In this document: in pieces, positions 20,747 through 30,961 of the stretch | Layout of the letters: each line of letters begins with the position of its first letter | Numbering within the stretch: the stretch's first letter is position 1 | Assembly (NCBI GenBank): GCA_963674825.1 | Contig: OY771587.1 | Coordinates: 1,472,001-1,536,000, forward strand | Reading direction: 5' to 3' | DNA from: Candidatus Cloacimonadales bacterium | GTDB lineage: Bacteria; Cloacimonadota; Cloacimonadia; Cloacimonadales; JAIOQZ01 | DNA: 64,000 bases | The notes under the pieces: model-generated | Database searches by the model: none | The model's input: the letters and a program-made list of their open reading frames with translations, nothing else | What the model was told of the DNA's origin: nothing | Position numbers and translations under genes: made by a program

Positions 20747-20840
20747 TATCGCATATACAGATAACGCGATACGATTACATCTCGCACATATAGATACAGC
20801 GAGATACAATGGCCTCTCGCACATATTTGGATAACGCGTT
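20747..20840. repeat. Three degenerate tandem units with about 33-35 nt period; two fold as hairpins
   Basis: TATCGC-atatacagataac-GCGATA, ATCTCGC-acatatagataca-GCGAGAT and TCTCGC-acatatttggataac-GCG. Confidence 0.55.
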
Positions 20841-20998
20841 ATGCTGTCAATGTTTCTAAGCAACTGATGCGCTAAAAGCTATCAATGGTTTTCATACTCG
20901 TCATTCCATTTTCAGTTTTCTCGAATATTAGCATGTAAAAAGAATCATTGACGCAATATCAATCATGCACGTAACCTTGAGCATAAGCTGGAGGTGTC

Positions 20999-23900
20999 AT
21001 GATGAATCACAAACGAATATTCCTGCTCACGATACTCGTGTTCACACTTTCCTTTCTGTTCGCCGATGACTACAGTAGAATGTGGTCTCGCATGGATCGT
21101 TTCAGAAACGATCGTCTGCCGAAATCGGCCAAAGCTGTTGTTGATTCCATCTATATTCAAGCAGTCCGGGAAAACAACATAATTCAGCGTCAGAAAGCGC
21201 TTATTCACAAGCTCATGTTCATCAACCAGCTTGAAGAAAACTCCTTTACGATCGAGCGTGATCTGGTACTGAAAGAGATTGAAACCGCTCCGCCGGATAT
21301 CCAGGCTCTCCTCCATTCAATGCTGGGCGAGATGTACTGGACATACTATCAGCAACGTCAGGATTTCGTGCTTGAACGTACCTCCATTTCAGGTGGAAAC
21401 GCCAGCGATGACATTGAGACCATGGATGCCCAGCAGATTCTCGAAAATTCGATCATGCACTACTCTCAATCGCTGAATCTACCGGAGAAATACCGAAACA
21501 AGTCCTTGAATGAATACAAGCCTCTGGTGTTACCAGACCCAAATAAACGATTGATCAATCCTGTTTTTTACGACTTCCTTGCCATAAGAGCCATCGATCA
21601 ATTCACCAATTCCGAATCCAGTATCGCTCGGCCGCGTGAAGAGTTTATCATCAATGATCACTATCTTATTCCAGCCGAAGAATTTGCAAACATGAATATA
21701 GAAACATCCGATACACTCTCGTTGCATTTTCAAACGCTGAACACCTACCAGAAACTCACTCGGTTCCATCTTCACGATGATGATCCACGTGCACTTCTTC
21801 AAATCGAATCTAAGCGTCTCGATTTCGTTATCAACCAGACATCATCGAGTAATGCCGAGCGGAAATTCATTGAACTGATGCAATTCTACATGCAGCAATA
21901 CAAAGGAGTGGACATATCGAGCTATTTTATGCTGCAACTGGCCACATTCTATTACAATCGGCAATTCGATGAACCGCAAAATCCAGCATACCAGGATTAT
22001 CTCAAAATCGCACATCAATTATGCCAGCAGATTATCGACCAGGTAGATTATAATTACCCGACAGTTTTCGAATGCAGAAGGCTAAAAAATGCGATCGACA
22101 TCCAGTATTTCTATGTAAGCATGGATTCGGAGCTACCAATCAAACAAAGCATACCGATTACCATAACATATCGCAACACAAAACGGTTGACGATCAATCT
22201 CTATGAATGGGATGAGGAGCATGCTGAGAAAAACAAGGCATGGTGGCATATCGATTACAAACATTACCAGGCTATGAAACCATATAAAACGTATGAGATC
22301 GAATTGCCGGAGACTGATGATTTCCTCGAGCATAGTACGATTGGCGAGATCAAACCTCTTTCTTCCGGCGAATATATCATTGAGATCGTGGTAGATCCGA
22401 AAAGAAGAGAACAAAGCCGCATGGAGAGGTTCAAGGTGTCCGACATCGCCCTGCTCGATGGGATGCCACACGACATCAAGACCTTGACATTCGTCGATCG
22501 GAATGACGGCCTCCCACTCAATGGTGCAGAAGTCGAGTTCCATCGTAATCATGATGAAGAGCCATTCAATACGATCACTACAAACGCGAATGGCGAAGTT
22601 TCTATCGATGAATCGTATGGAGGGTTCATCTGTTCCTATAAAAAGGATAAATACATCGCCTTGAATGCTAGCTACCGTAAGCCACAAGAACATTACGACC
22701 TCGAACAGCCCGTAACGAAGGTTTACTATTTCATTGACCGCAAAATTTATCGTCCTGGCCAAACGGTTTACTACAAGGGGATTATCGTTCAGAAAAAATC
22801 GTCGAGCTTTCCGCAACTGCGAGAAAAAAAGACAGTGACGGTCAACCTGATGGATACTCAGGGAAGAACCATCAACTCAACCAAGCAGCTAAGCAACGAG
22901 TTCGGCAGTTTTTCCGGCAGCTTCATCATCCCGGATAATGCTGGTACCGGCACGATGTCACTGGGTAGTAATACCGGGAACGTAAATTTCCAGGTGGAGG
23001 AATACAAACGCCCGAAATTCGAAGTGGAATTCCAGCCCGTGAAAGATGTGTTTCGCCTGGGATCGCCGATTGAGATTAAAGGCAAGGCCGAATCCTTTGC
23101 CGGAACCGGGATCTCAGACGCGGAAGTTACTTACTACGTTAAACGCGTTTCCTATTACCCATGGTTCTCGTATCGCTATATCCCGCCGGTCAATGAAAAG
23201 GTGATTGCATCAGGAAAAACGACGACAGCGCCCGACGGATCGTTCACAATTCCTTTTATACTTGAATCCGAGACCAAACGTCAACACGATCAAATGTCGG
23301 CTTATCAATTTGTTGTCACGGCTGATGTTATCGACATGAATGGAGAGACGAGGAGCGCCGAGACTTCCGTGATGGCTGGTGATCGTTCGTTGATTCTGGA
23401 TGTGGCGATCGGCGAAACGGTGCATCGCGAAGGAGCAAACCAATTCGATCTGATTACCGATAATCTGATGAACCAGCATATTCCTGTTTCAGGAATCATG
23501 ATCTTCTCAAAATTGAAAACACCGAATCGGATCTTCAGGGAGCCGACCTATCCTAACGAAGTCGATCAAGCAATGTTTAACTACGACGAGTTCGTAAAGA
23601 AATTCCCTCATGACCCGTACCTCGATGAAAATGACAGCAGCAAATGGGAAGTTGAGAAGACGATCTACAGCGGTCGCTTCGATTCAGGAGAAAAACGCAG
23701 CATTGCCTTAAAAGGACTCGAGGATTGGCAACCTGGCGTATATCGCGTTGAGCTTATCGCGCTTGATCCATTCGGAGAGGAAGTTCGAGTCGCACACGAT
23801 TTCACAGTATACTCCGAAAAGGGTAAAGAACTCCCACGGTTGCTCCCATTCTGGGTTCAAGCGATCAATACTACGTGTAATCCCGGGGAAAAAGCCAGAT

Positions 23901-26900
23901 TCCTGATCGGCACATCCTATCATGATGCGATGATACAGTATTACATCAAATGCGATGATGATGTGATTGTTCGCAAGGCGCTTCGTCTGGATAACGAACA
24001 GGTACTGGTTGAGCTGCCAGTAGAAGAGTGGCATCGGGGCGGCCTCCAGTTTGGAGCGTTTATGTGCCGGGAAAATCGAAACTACGCCCAAACGATCCAG
24101 ATAACCGTCCCATGGTCCAACATGAAACTCGACATAGAATGGCTGACATTCAGGGACTTTATCGAGCCTGGCTCGAAAGAACGCTTTAGTCTTAGGATTA
24201 AGAACCACAAAGGGAAATCCGCAGACGCGGAATTACTGGTGGCCATGTACGATTCATCCCTCGATCAGTATAACCCCAATAACTGGGCCTGGAATGTATT
24301 CAGTCAATTCCGCGGTAATACGGGACGTTATGTCTCAACCGGTGGTAGGCCGCTTGACCTGTTCTGGTCTGATGGAAGCTCAGGCTGGCATCGTTACCGA
24401 CATCAGGTATCCACACAGGACCGATTGAACTGGTTCGGTTATTACTTGAGGTGGTATACCACTATCGGTATGGTTGCGTACTTTGATAACATTGAGGATA
24501 CAGATACAATATATCCTCGAAATCCTGGTTTGAAATTCAAAATGAATACCATGGATCTCGAACAAGAAGATAAGGCCGAACTTGCTGGAGGTGGAGCATC
24601 TTCTCCGCCACCGGTGCAGATCCGCTCCAATTTCGCGGAGACGGCATTCTTCTACCCTGAACTGCGCACCAACAAAGATGGCGAGATCGAATTCACATTC
24701 ACGGTTCCCGACGCGCTTACTCGCTGGAAGCTGCTCGGACTGGCCCACACGCAGAATCTGATGTCTGGCCTGACAGAGAAGTATATCACCACGCAGAAAA
24801 AGCTAATGGTCACGCCCAACCTGCCACGCTTCCTTCGCGAAGGTGACCAAATCGCATTATCCACCAAGATCGCCAGCATGGTCGATGAAGCGCTGGAAGG
24901 CACGGTGGAATTGCAGCTTTTCAATGCGGAAAATATGCAACGTATCGATGCCGAACTCGGAAACGTGAAGAGCAAACAAGCCTTTTCGATCAAACCGCAA
25001 AGCAATGCCGCTGTCGAATGGGAGATCACCATCCCCAGCGACTTCCAGGCGGTGGTGGTGCGGATTATCGCGCAGTCTGGCAACTACTCTGACGGCGAGG
25101 AACATCTGCTGCCGGTGCTGCCTAATCGCATGCTGGTCACCGAGTCGCTACCCCTTCCGGTGCGTGGCAACCAGACCAAGGATTTCACCTTTGATAAGCT
25201 CACGGAATCGGGAAGCTCCGAGTCGCTGAAGCATCACCAACTCACCCTCGAATTCACCACCAACCCCGTATGGTACGTAGTGCAAACGCTTCCCTACATG
25301 GCGGAATACCCCTATGAATGCGCCGAGCAAATTTTTACCCGATACTACGCCAATGCCCTGGCAGGTTATATCATCCAGCAGAACCCCAAAATCGAGCGCA
25401 TCTTCAAGCAATGGAAAGATTTACCGGACTCTAAGGCACTGCTCTCCAACCTCGAGAAAAACCAGGATCTCAAAGCCCTTCTTCTGGAGGAGACGCCGTG
25501 GGTCAGGCAAGCGAATAACGAGACGGAACGAAAAAAACGGATCGCGCTGCTTTTCGACATGAACCATATGTCCATGAGCCGTGAGAAAGCGCTCGAGAAG
25601 CTCTTTGACATGCAGTTACCGAGCGGTGCCTGGCCGTGGTTCAGCGGTATGAAGGAAAGCCGCTACATCACGCAATACATCGTGGAAGGATTTAGCCACC
25701 TGAAAGCGCTTGGTGTCGAGCCGACGCCGGAAATCAAAGAACATCTCGTTCGTGCTATCCGCTGGATGGACAGTGATCTGACCGAAGACTACGAGCGGTT
25801 GATCGAGAATGATGTCGACCTGAAGACACAGAACATCGGCAACCATCACATCCATTATTTCTATATGCGGAACGTCTTCCAGGATATCCCCATTGACGAT
25901 GAAAACAAGGTCGCCTTTGACTACTACTTCGACCAGTTGAAGACATGGTGGAAAGGCGGGACGCTGCATATCGAGTGCATGCAAGCGCTAGCATTGAATC
26001 GCTACAACGAACCGGAGATCCCTCGGAAAATCGTTGCTTCCTTGCGTGAACGTGCCCAGCACTCGGACGAGATGGGCATGTACTGGAAAGAAAACCGAGG
26101 CGGTTACTTCTGGTTCAACGCGCCTATCGAAACACAATCGCTTCTCATCGAGCTTTTTAACGAAATGGGCACGAAGGAGGAGGTTGACGAGCTGCGCGTT
26201 TGGCTACTCAAGCAGAAACAGGTGCAGGACTGGAAGACCACCAAGGCCACCGCGGAAGCATGTTACGCCATGTTGCTGCGTGGATCGGACTGGCTTTCCG
26301 AGGACAAACCGGTAGCAATCGAGCTAGGAAATCACAAGATTGAGCCAGAATCGATGGAGCCCGGAACCGGCTATATCCGCGAAACGTGGACATCGAAGGA
26401 GATCGAGCCGGCCATGGGCAACGTCCATATCGAGAACCCGAACGATCATCCCGCATGGGGCGCACTCTACTGGCAATATTTTGAAGACCTTGACAAAATC
26501 ACCCAGCACGATACTCCCCTATCCTTGAAGAAGCAGCTCTTCATCGAGCGCAGGGACGACCAGGGCGTGAAGCTACATCCCATCACGGAAGGCGATCCCA
26601 TCCGGGTGGGCGACCGCGTGATTGTCCGCATCGAGCTGCGCGTCGATCGAGAGATGGAGTATGTCCACATGAAGGACATGCGCGCCTCGGGATTCGAGCC
26701 GGAAAACGTGATTTCCAGCACCAAGTGGCAGCAGGGACTCGTTTACTTCGAATCAACGCGTGACGCCGCGACAAACTTCTTCTTTGAGCGTCTTCACAAG
26801 GGGACGTTCGTATTCGAATATCCGCTTCGGGCATTCCAGGCAGGAATTTTCTCCAACGGAATCACCACGATCCAGTGCATGTATGCACCGGAATTCACCT

Positions 26901-26944
26901 CTCATTCAGAGGGAATACGCATCAAAATCAACAGGAAAGACTAA
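20999..26944 (+). CDS. Bacterial alpha-2-macroglobulin family protein
   Basis: Signal peptide; DRKIYRPGQ; EEYKRPKFEV; IRSNFAETAFF; PRFLREGD; thioester motif YECAEQ; MYAPEF. Confidence 0.93.
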   Translation: MMNHKRIFLLTILVFTLSFLFADDYSRMWSRMDRFRNDRLPKSAKAVVDSIYIQAVRENNIIQRQKALIHKLMFINQLEENSFTIERDLVLKEIETAPPDIQALLHSMLGEMYWTYYQQRQDFVLERTSISGGNASDDIETMDAQQILENSIMHYSQSLNLPEKYRNKSLNEYKPLVLPDPNKRLINPVFYDFLAIRAIDQFTNSESSIARPREEFIINDHYLIPAEEFANMNIETSDTLSLHFQTLNTYQKLTRFHLHDDDPRALLQIESKRLDFVINQTSSSNAERKFIELMQFYMQQYKGVDISSYFMLQLATFYYNRQFDEPQNPAYQDYLKIAHQLCQQIIDQVDYNYPTVFECRRLKNAIDIQYFYVSMDSELPIKQSIPITITYRNTKRLTINLYEWDEEHAEKNKAWWHIDYKHYQAMKPYKTYEIELPETDDFLEHSTIGEIKPLSSGEYIIEIVVDPKRREQSRMERFKVSDIALLDGMPHDIKTLTFVDRNDGLPLNGAEVEFHRNHDEEPFNTITTNANGEVSIDESYGGFICSYKKDKYIALNASYRKPQEHYDLEQPVTKVYYFIDRKIYRPGQTVYYKGIIVQKKSSSFPQLREKKTVTVNLMDTQGRTINSTKQLSNEFGSFSGSFIIPDNAGTGTMSLGSNTGNVNFQVEEYKRPKFEVEFQPVKDVFRLGSPIEIKGKAESFAGTGISDAEVTYYVKRVSYYPWFSYRYIPPVNEKVIASGKTTTAPDGSFTIPFILESETKRQHDQMSAYQFVVTADVIDMNGETRSAETSVMAGDRSLILDVAIGETVHREGANQFDLITDNLMNQHIPVSGIMIFSKLKTPNRIFREPTYPNEVDQAMFNYDEFVKKFPHDPYLDENDSSKWEVEKTIYSGRFDSGEKRSIALKGLEDWQPGVYRVELIALDPFGEEVRVAHDFTVYSEKGKELPRLLPFWVQAINTTCNPGEKARFLIGTSYHDAMIQYYIKCDDDVIVRKALRLDNEQVLVELPVEEWHRGGLQFGAFMCRENRNYAQTIQITVPWSNMKLDIEWLTFRDFIEPGSKERFSLRIKNHKGKSADAELLVAMYDSSLDQYNPNNWAWNVFSQFRGNTGRYVSTGGRPLDLFWSDGSSGWHRYRHQVSTQDRLNWFGYYLRWYTTIGMVAYFDNIEDTDTIYPRNPGLKFKMNTMDLEQEDKAELAGGGASSPPPVQIRSNFAETAFFYPELRTNKDGEIEFTFTVPDALTRWKLLGLAHTQNLMSGLTEKYITTQKKLMVTPNLPRFLREGDQIALSTKIASMVDEALEGTVELQLFNAENMQRIDAELGNVKSKQAFSIKPQSNAAVEWEITIPSDFQAVVVRIIAQSGNYSDGEEHLLPVLPNRMLVTESLPLPVRGNQTKDFTFDKLTESGSSESLKHHQLTLEFTTNPVWYVVQTLPYMAEYPYECAEQIFTRYYANALAGYIIQQNPKIERIFKQWKDLPDSKALLSNLEKNQDLKALLLEETPWVRQANNETERKKRIALLFDMNHMSMSREKALEKLFDMQLPSGAWPWFSGMKESRYITQYIVEGFSHLKALGVEPTPEIKEHLVRAIRWMDSDLTEDYERLIENDVDLKTQNIGNHHIHYFYMRNVFQDIPIDDENKVAFDYYFDQLKTWWKGGTLHIECMQALALNRYNEPEIPRKIVASLRERAQHSDEMGMYWKENRGGYFWFNAPIETQSLLIELFNEMGTKEEVDELRVWLLKQKQVQDWKTTKATAEACYAMLLRGSDWLSEDKPVAIELGNHKIEPESMEPGTGYIRETWTSKEIEPAMGNVHIENPNDHPAWGALYWQYFEDLDKITQHDTPLSLKKQLFIERRDDQGVKLHPITEGDPIRVGDRVIVRIELRVDREMEYVHMKDMRASGFEPENVISSTKWQQGLVYFESTRDAATNFFFERLHKGTFVFEYPLRAFQAGIFSNGITTIQCMYAPEFTSHSEGIRIKINRKD

Positions 26945-26947
26945 CGC

Positions 26948-29797
26948 ATGATGAAAAGACTTTGGCTCCTGTGCCTCTGGGCATTTCTCGCAATCGCACT
27001 ACAAGCGCAGATCTACGATTACTCGAACACAGTCAGTCCACCGTCGGTGGAATGGAAACAGATCCGAACCGCGCACTTTCATTTGATCTTCCCGGCGGAG
27101 ATCGAGAAGGATGCACGGAAAGTGGCCAACCGGCTGGAGTTCATCTATCAGCCCATCAACAAGACCATGAACGCAAAGATGAAGCCCTGGACGCTCGTGC
27201 TCGGCAATCGCACGACGATCAGCAACGGCTATGTCGCAATGGCGCCACGGATGTCTGAGTTCTATCCCACGCCGCCGCAGGAAGGTCTGACCGGTGGAAT
27301 GGGCTGGTATGACATGCTGACCGCACACGAAACCCGCCACATGGTGCAATACGACAAGCTCAACACCGGCATGACGAAAGTGTTCAGCTATATCATGGGT
27401 GAATACGGCATCGCGCTCTGCGCGATTATCTCCACACCACTTTGGCTATTCGAAGGTGACGCCGTCACCACCGAAACCGCGCTGACCCAGTGGGGGCGCG
27501 GACGCATGCCCAGTTTCGACGTGGAAGAGCGCGCCATCCTGCTTTCCGGCAAAAGGCCCAGCTATTACCAGGCATACTTGCGTTCATATAAGGATTACTA
27601 TCCCAATCACTACCTGCTGGGTTACCTGATGGTTGCCCAGGTACGGCAAAATCACCCGGCGGAGACCTGGGCGAATGTCCTCTACCGGACGTCACGCTTC
27701 TCCATCTGGCCCTATCGATTCTCCACCGCGCTGCATCAGGAGACCGGGCTTTATGTGGAAGAACTCTACGACGAGACCTGCGAAGACCTGACGAAGCTAT
27801 GGCGTGCGCAGATCAAGGGACTGAAATTCACCGACGCGAAGGCGATTTCACCCGCGAACATCGAAGGCTGGATGCAATACACCTCGCCGCAATATAATGA
27901 TGAAGGCAACGTCATCACCATGCGTACCGGCCTGGGGCAATCGCCCGAACTGGTACGGATAAACACCGATCAAAGCATCACGCATCTTACCTACGTGCAG
28001 TCGGCGGAAGCGTTCTCCACCAATGGAGAAATCGCTGTATGGAGTCGCATCACGCCGGATATCCGGTGGGGTAACCAATCCTTTTCCGATATCGTGACCT
28101 ACGACCTCGATCGTGGCTCCAAGCAGCAGATCACCCATCGCGGAAAATATTTCGCGCCGGCTATCTCACCGGACGGCAGCATGATCGCAGCGGTGCGTTA
28201 CGACCAAACACGCACCTGTAACCTTGTGATTCTCGATGCAAAAAACGGCGATGAAATCCGCGAGATCCCCAATCCCGACAACGATTTTCTGAAGACACCG
28301 TGCTGGTCGGGAAACGACCGGATCGTCTACCTGCGTTCGCATAACAACGAGCTTTGCCTGGAAATCCTGCACATCGAGACCGGTAACAGCCGCCAATTGA
28401 TACCATACGGCGTTGAAGACATCGTCGCGCCATACGCTCGGGGAAACTACGTCTACTACAGCTCGCCCTACAGCGGTATCGACAACATCTACGCGATCGA
28501 TATCGAATCCGGCGCACGTTTTCAGGTTGTATCCAGGCGCTTCGGCGCATATCAACCGTCCGTCTCACAGGATGAATTAAAGCTGCTCTTCAGCGACTAC
28601 CGAGATGAGAATGGTTACCGCGTCTATGAAGTGGAAATCGACCGAAGAAAGTGGCGTAGACTGGAGGATGTGGATATCCGCACCCTGCATTTCAACGAAC
28701 CGCTGGTGAATCAGGAGCAGGGGGAAGCCCTTCCGGGATCGGACGATATTCCGCAGGAAGATTTCGACGTAGAGCCCTATTCACCGATTCTACACGCAAT
28801 CAACTTCCATAGCTGGATGCTCTTCTCAACCGACACCGAAATCGGGCTGGATTTCCTATCCGACGATGTACTGGGTACGACCCAAATGCAGTTCGGAGTT
28901 TATTACAACCTCAACGAGGACGTTCCCGGATTCCGGTCCGGTATCACGTATAAACAGCTTCCCGTGGTGTTCGGACTCGAGCTCGATACCGGCGGAAGAA
29001 CCACTGTTTACGACGATAGCACCAGCACCGACGACGATGAATTCGAAGACAACTGGACCGAGTTTTCCACAACCGCCCGGGTAAATCTTCCGCTCAATTT
29101 CTCGCGCGGAGCCTGGTGGACACAGCTCGATGTCGGCTCCGAAATCAGTTACGTCTACGCTGACGAACGCGACTACATCGAGCCCTACGAGATGGGCAAT
29201 GGCGTGCTGGTTCCTGTGCGCTACTATGGCGAAATCTACCACATGCTGCAACCATCCTCGCGTGATATCGCTCCCCGATGGGGACAAAAGCTGATGGCGT
29301 CATTCACCACGACGCCGTTTACGCAGGAAGATCTCTCCGACTTCAACGGAAAGCTCTTCTCCAGCAGCTACCGGCTCTATGTTCCGGGGCTGTTCAAGCA
29401 TCACAGCCTGAAGCTCACCGCCGAATACGAGAAGATGTACGAAGGCAACTACCGCTTCATGCGCGAAATTCTCTTCCCACGAGGCTACGACGACCACGAT
29501 CACCGCGACCTCTACAAGGGATCCGCATCTTATAATCTGCCTATCGCCTATCCGGATAAAAGCTTGGGACGATGGCTCTACTTCCGCAGTATAACCGGCG
29601 GCGGTTTCTTCGACTACGGCCTTGCCGAGGACGACGAAATCACAACACTCTATCGCTCTGCCGGACTCGAGACAACACTCGAGACCGTCTTTTTCTCCAA
29701 TATAAACCTGCAGATCAATATCGGTCTGCGCGCAGCCTACCGCATCGATGAAAAGGACACGTCCTTCGAAATCTTTCTGGGCGGATTCGACTTCTGA
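26948..29797 (+). CDS. Outer-membrane protein: HExxH peptidase-like domain, TolB-like propeller and C-terminal beta-barrel
   Basis: Signal peptide; HETRH plus WLFEGDA; PAISPDG repeats; FPRGY; amphipathic strands; terminal Phe. Confidence 0.72.
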   Translation: MMKRLWLLCLWAFLAIALQAQIYDYSNTVSPPSVEWKQIRTAHFHLIFPAEIEKDARKVANRLEFIYQPINKTMNAKMKPWTLVLGNRTTISNGYVAMAPRMSEFYPTPPQEGLTGGMGWYDMLTAHETRHMVQYDKLNTGMTKVFSYIMGEYGIALCAIISTPLWLFEGDAVTTETALTQWGRGRMPSFDVEERAILLSGKRPSYYQAYLRSYKDYYPNHYLLGYLMVAQVRQNHPAETWANVLYRTSRFSIWPYRFSTALHQETGLYVEELYDETCEDLTKLWRAQIKGLKFTDAKAISPANIEGWMQYTSPQYNDEGNVITMRTGLGQSPELVRINTDQSITHLTYVQSAEAFSTNGEIAVWSRITPDIRWGNQSFSDIVTYDLDRGSKQQITHRGKYFAPAISPDGSMIAAVRYDQTRTCNLVILDAKNGDEIREIPNPDNDFLKTPCWSGNDRIVYLRSHNNELCLEILHIETGNSRQLIPYGVEDIVAPYARGNYVYYSSPYSGIDNIYAIDIESGARFQVVSRRFGAYQPSVSQDELKLLFSDYRDENGYRVYEVEIDRRKWRRLEDVDIRTLHFNEPLVNQEQGEALPGSDDIPQEDFDVEPYSPILHAINFHSWMLFSTDTEIGLDFLSDDVLGTTQMQFGVYYNLNEDVPGFRSGITYKQLPVVFGLELDTGGRTTVYDDSTSTDDDEFEDNWTEFSTTARVNLPLNFSRGAWWTQLDVGSEISYVYADERDYIEPYEMGNGVLVPVRYYGEIYHMLQPSSRDIAPRWGQKLMASFTTTPFTQEDLSDFNGKLFSSSYRLYVPGLFKHHSLKLTAEYEKMYEGNYRFMREILFPRGYDDHDHRDLYKGSASYNLPIAYPDKSLGRWLYFRSITGGGFFDYGLAEDDEITTLYRSAGLETTLETVFFSNINLQINIGLRAAYRIDEKDTSFEIFLGGFDF

Positions 29798-29804
29798 GGT
29801 ACAT

Positions 29805-30212
29805 ATGACAGAATTCTTTGCGACCATCACCAACGACCTTGAAGCGCTGGAAAAGTTCATGAACGATTTCGAGGAGCTCGAGGAACTCACACCGAAAGAG
29901 CAGTTTAACTGCAATCTCGTGTTCGATGAGATGATCACCAACATCATAAAGTACGGTTATCGCGACCAGCATAAGCACGAGATCCATATAGAAGTCCGCA
30001 TGAACAAAGAGCAGATAGCGATCGTGATCAGTGACGACGGGATCGATTTCAATCCGCTCGATATAGCAGAGCCCGATATCGATATCGACCTGGATGAACG
30101 CGAGATCGGCGGACTCGGGATCCATCTGGTACGGCAAATATCCAGCGATGTCTTCCACCGGTTTGAAAACGGGATGAATATCAACGAGATTGTGCTGGAA
30201 CGTGAGGAATAG
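29805..30212 (+). CDS. RsbW-like anti-sigma factor / Ser kinase (HATPase_c_2)
   Basis: DEMITNIIKYG, DDGIDFNP, GGLGIHLV; paralog of 1622-2089. Confidence 0.85.
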   Translation: MTEFFATITNDLEALEKFMNDFEELEELTPKEQFNCNLVFDEMITNIIKYGYRDQHKHEIHIEVRMNKEQIAIVISDDGIDFNPLDIAEPDIDIDLDEREIGGLGIHLVRQISSDVFHRFENGMNINEIVLEREE

Positions 30213-30214
30213 TC

Positions 30215-30895
30215 ATGTGCGGAAGATTCGCCATCTACTCGAGTCTGCAAGACCTCTTTAAATACATCGAATATATCAGCGAGCTGGAACAATACCAGCA
30301 TCGCTACAACGCTGCACCGACCAACCTGCTGCCAGTCTATCGTAAGGATTCCGAAAGCGTAAAACTGGAACTGCTTCAGTGGGGCCTGATTCCCTCATGG
30401 GCAAAGGACGCTACCATCGGGAGCAAGCTTATCAACGCCCGTAGCGAGTCAGCGAACGAAAAACCGAGCTTTCGGGGAGCCTTCAAGTCACGCCACTGCT
30501 TGATTCCAGCCAATGGTTTCTTCGAGTGGCGCAAGCTAGATAGGCAACCGATGTTTATCCATCTGCCGGATCATCCCATCATTAGTTTCGCGGGACTATG
30601 GGAAAGCTGGAAAACCCCTGACGGTAAACCAATTGAGACGTTCACAATTCTCACCACGGATGCCAACGAGATGATGCGCGAGATTCACGACCGGATGCCG
30701 GTGATTCTTACGCCGGGCGAAGAATTGAAATGGCTTGAATCGCAGGGTGATGAGAAGGTGTCACGCGAGCTGTTGAAGCCACTAGACTCCGGATTCATGA
30801 GCAGTTACCCGGTATCGAAGCTGGTCAATTCTCCGCGCAACAATACACCGGATATCCTCACGCAGCAGGAGAGCCAGTTAGCGCTGGAATTTTAG
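30215..30895 (+). CDS. SOS response-associated peptidase (SRAP/YedK/HMCES family)
   Basis: MCGRF N-terminus, WGLIPSWAKD, INARSE, GFFEW, HDRMPVIL. Confidence 0.93.
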   Translation: MCGRFAIYSSLQDLFKYIEYISELEQYQHRYNAAPTNLLPVYRKDSESVKLELLQWGLIPSWAKDATIGSKLINARSESANEKPSFRGAFKSRHCLIPANGFFEWRKLDRQPMFIHLPDHPIISFAGLWESWKTPDGKPIETFTILTTDANEMMREIHDRMPVILTPGEELKWLESQGDEKVSRELLKPLDSGFMSSYPVSKLVNSPRNNTPDILTQQESQLALEF

Positions 30896-30916
30896 CGCAA
30901 ACCCAGCACAAAGAAT

Positions 30917-30952
30917 AAAAAAAATCCCGCCACAAACGCGACGGGATCGTTT
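30917..30952. terminator. Probable terminator between convergent genes
   Basis: A-run, then ATCCCG...CGGGAT stem. Confidence 0.55.
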
Positions 30953-30961
30953 CGATTTCCC

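Noticed and set aside
20747..20840. Triple repeat as a mini-CRISPR or tRNA remnant
   Set aside because: The linkers are under 10 nt, the units are degenerate, and there is no cloverleaf or T-loop motif.
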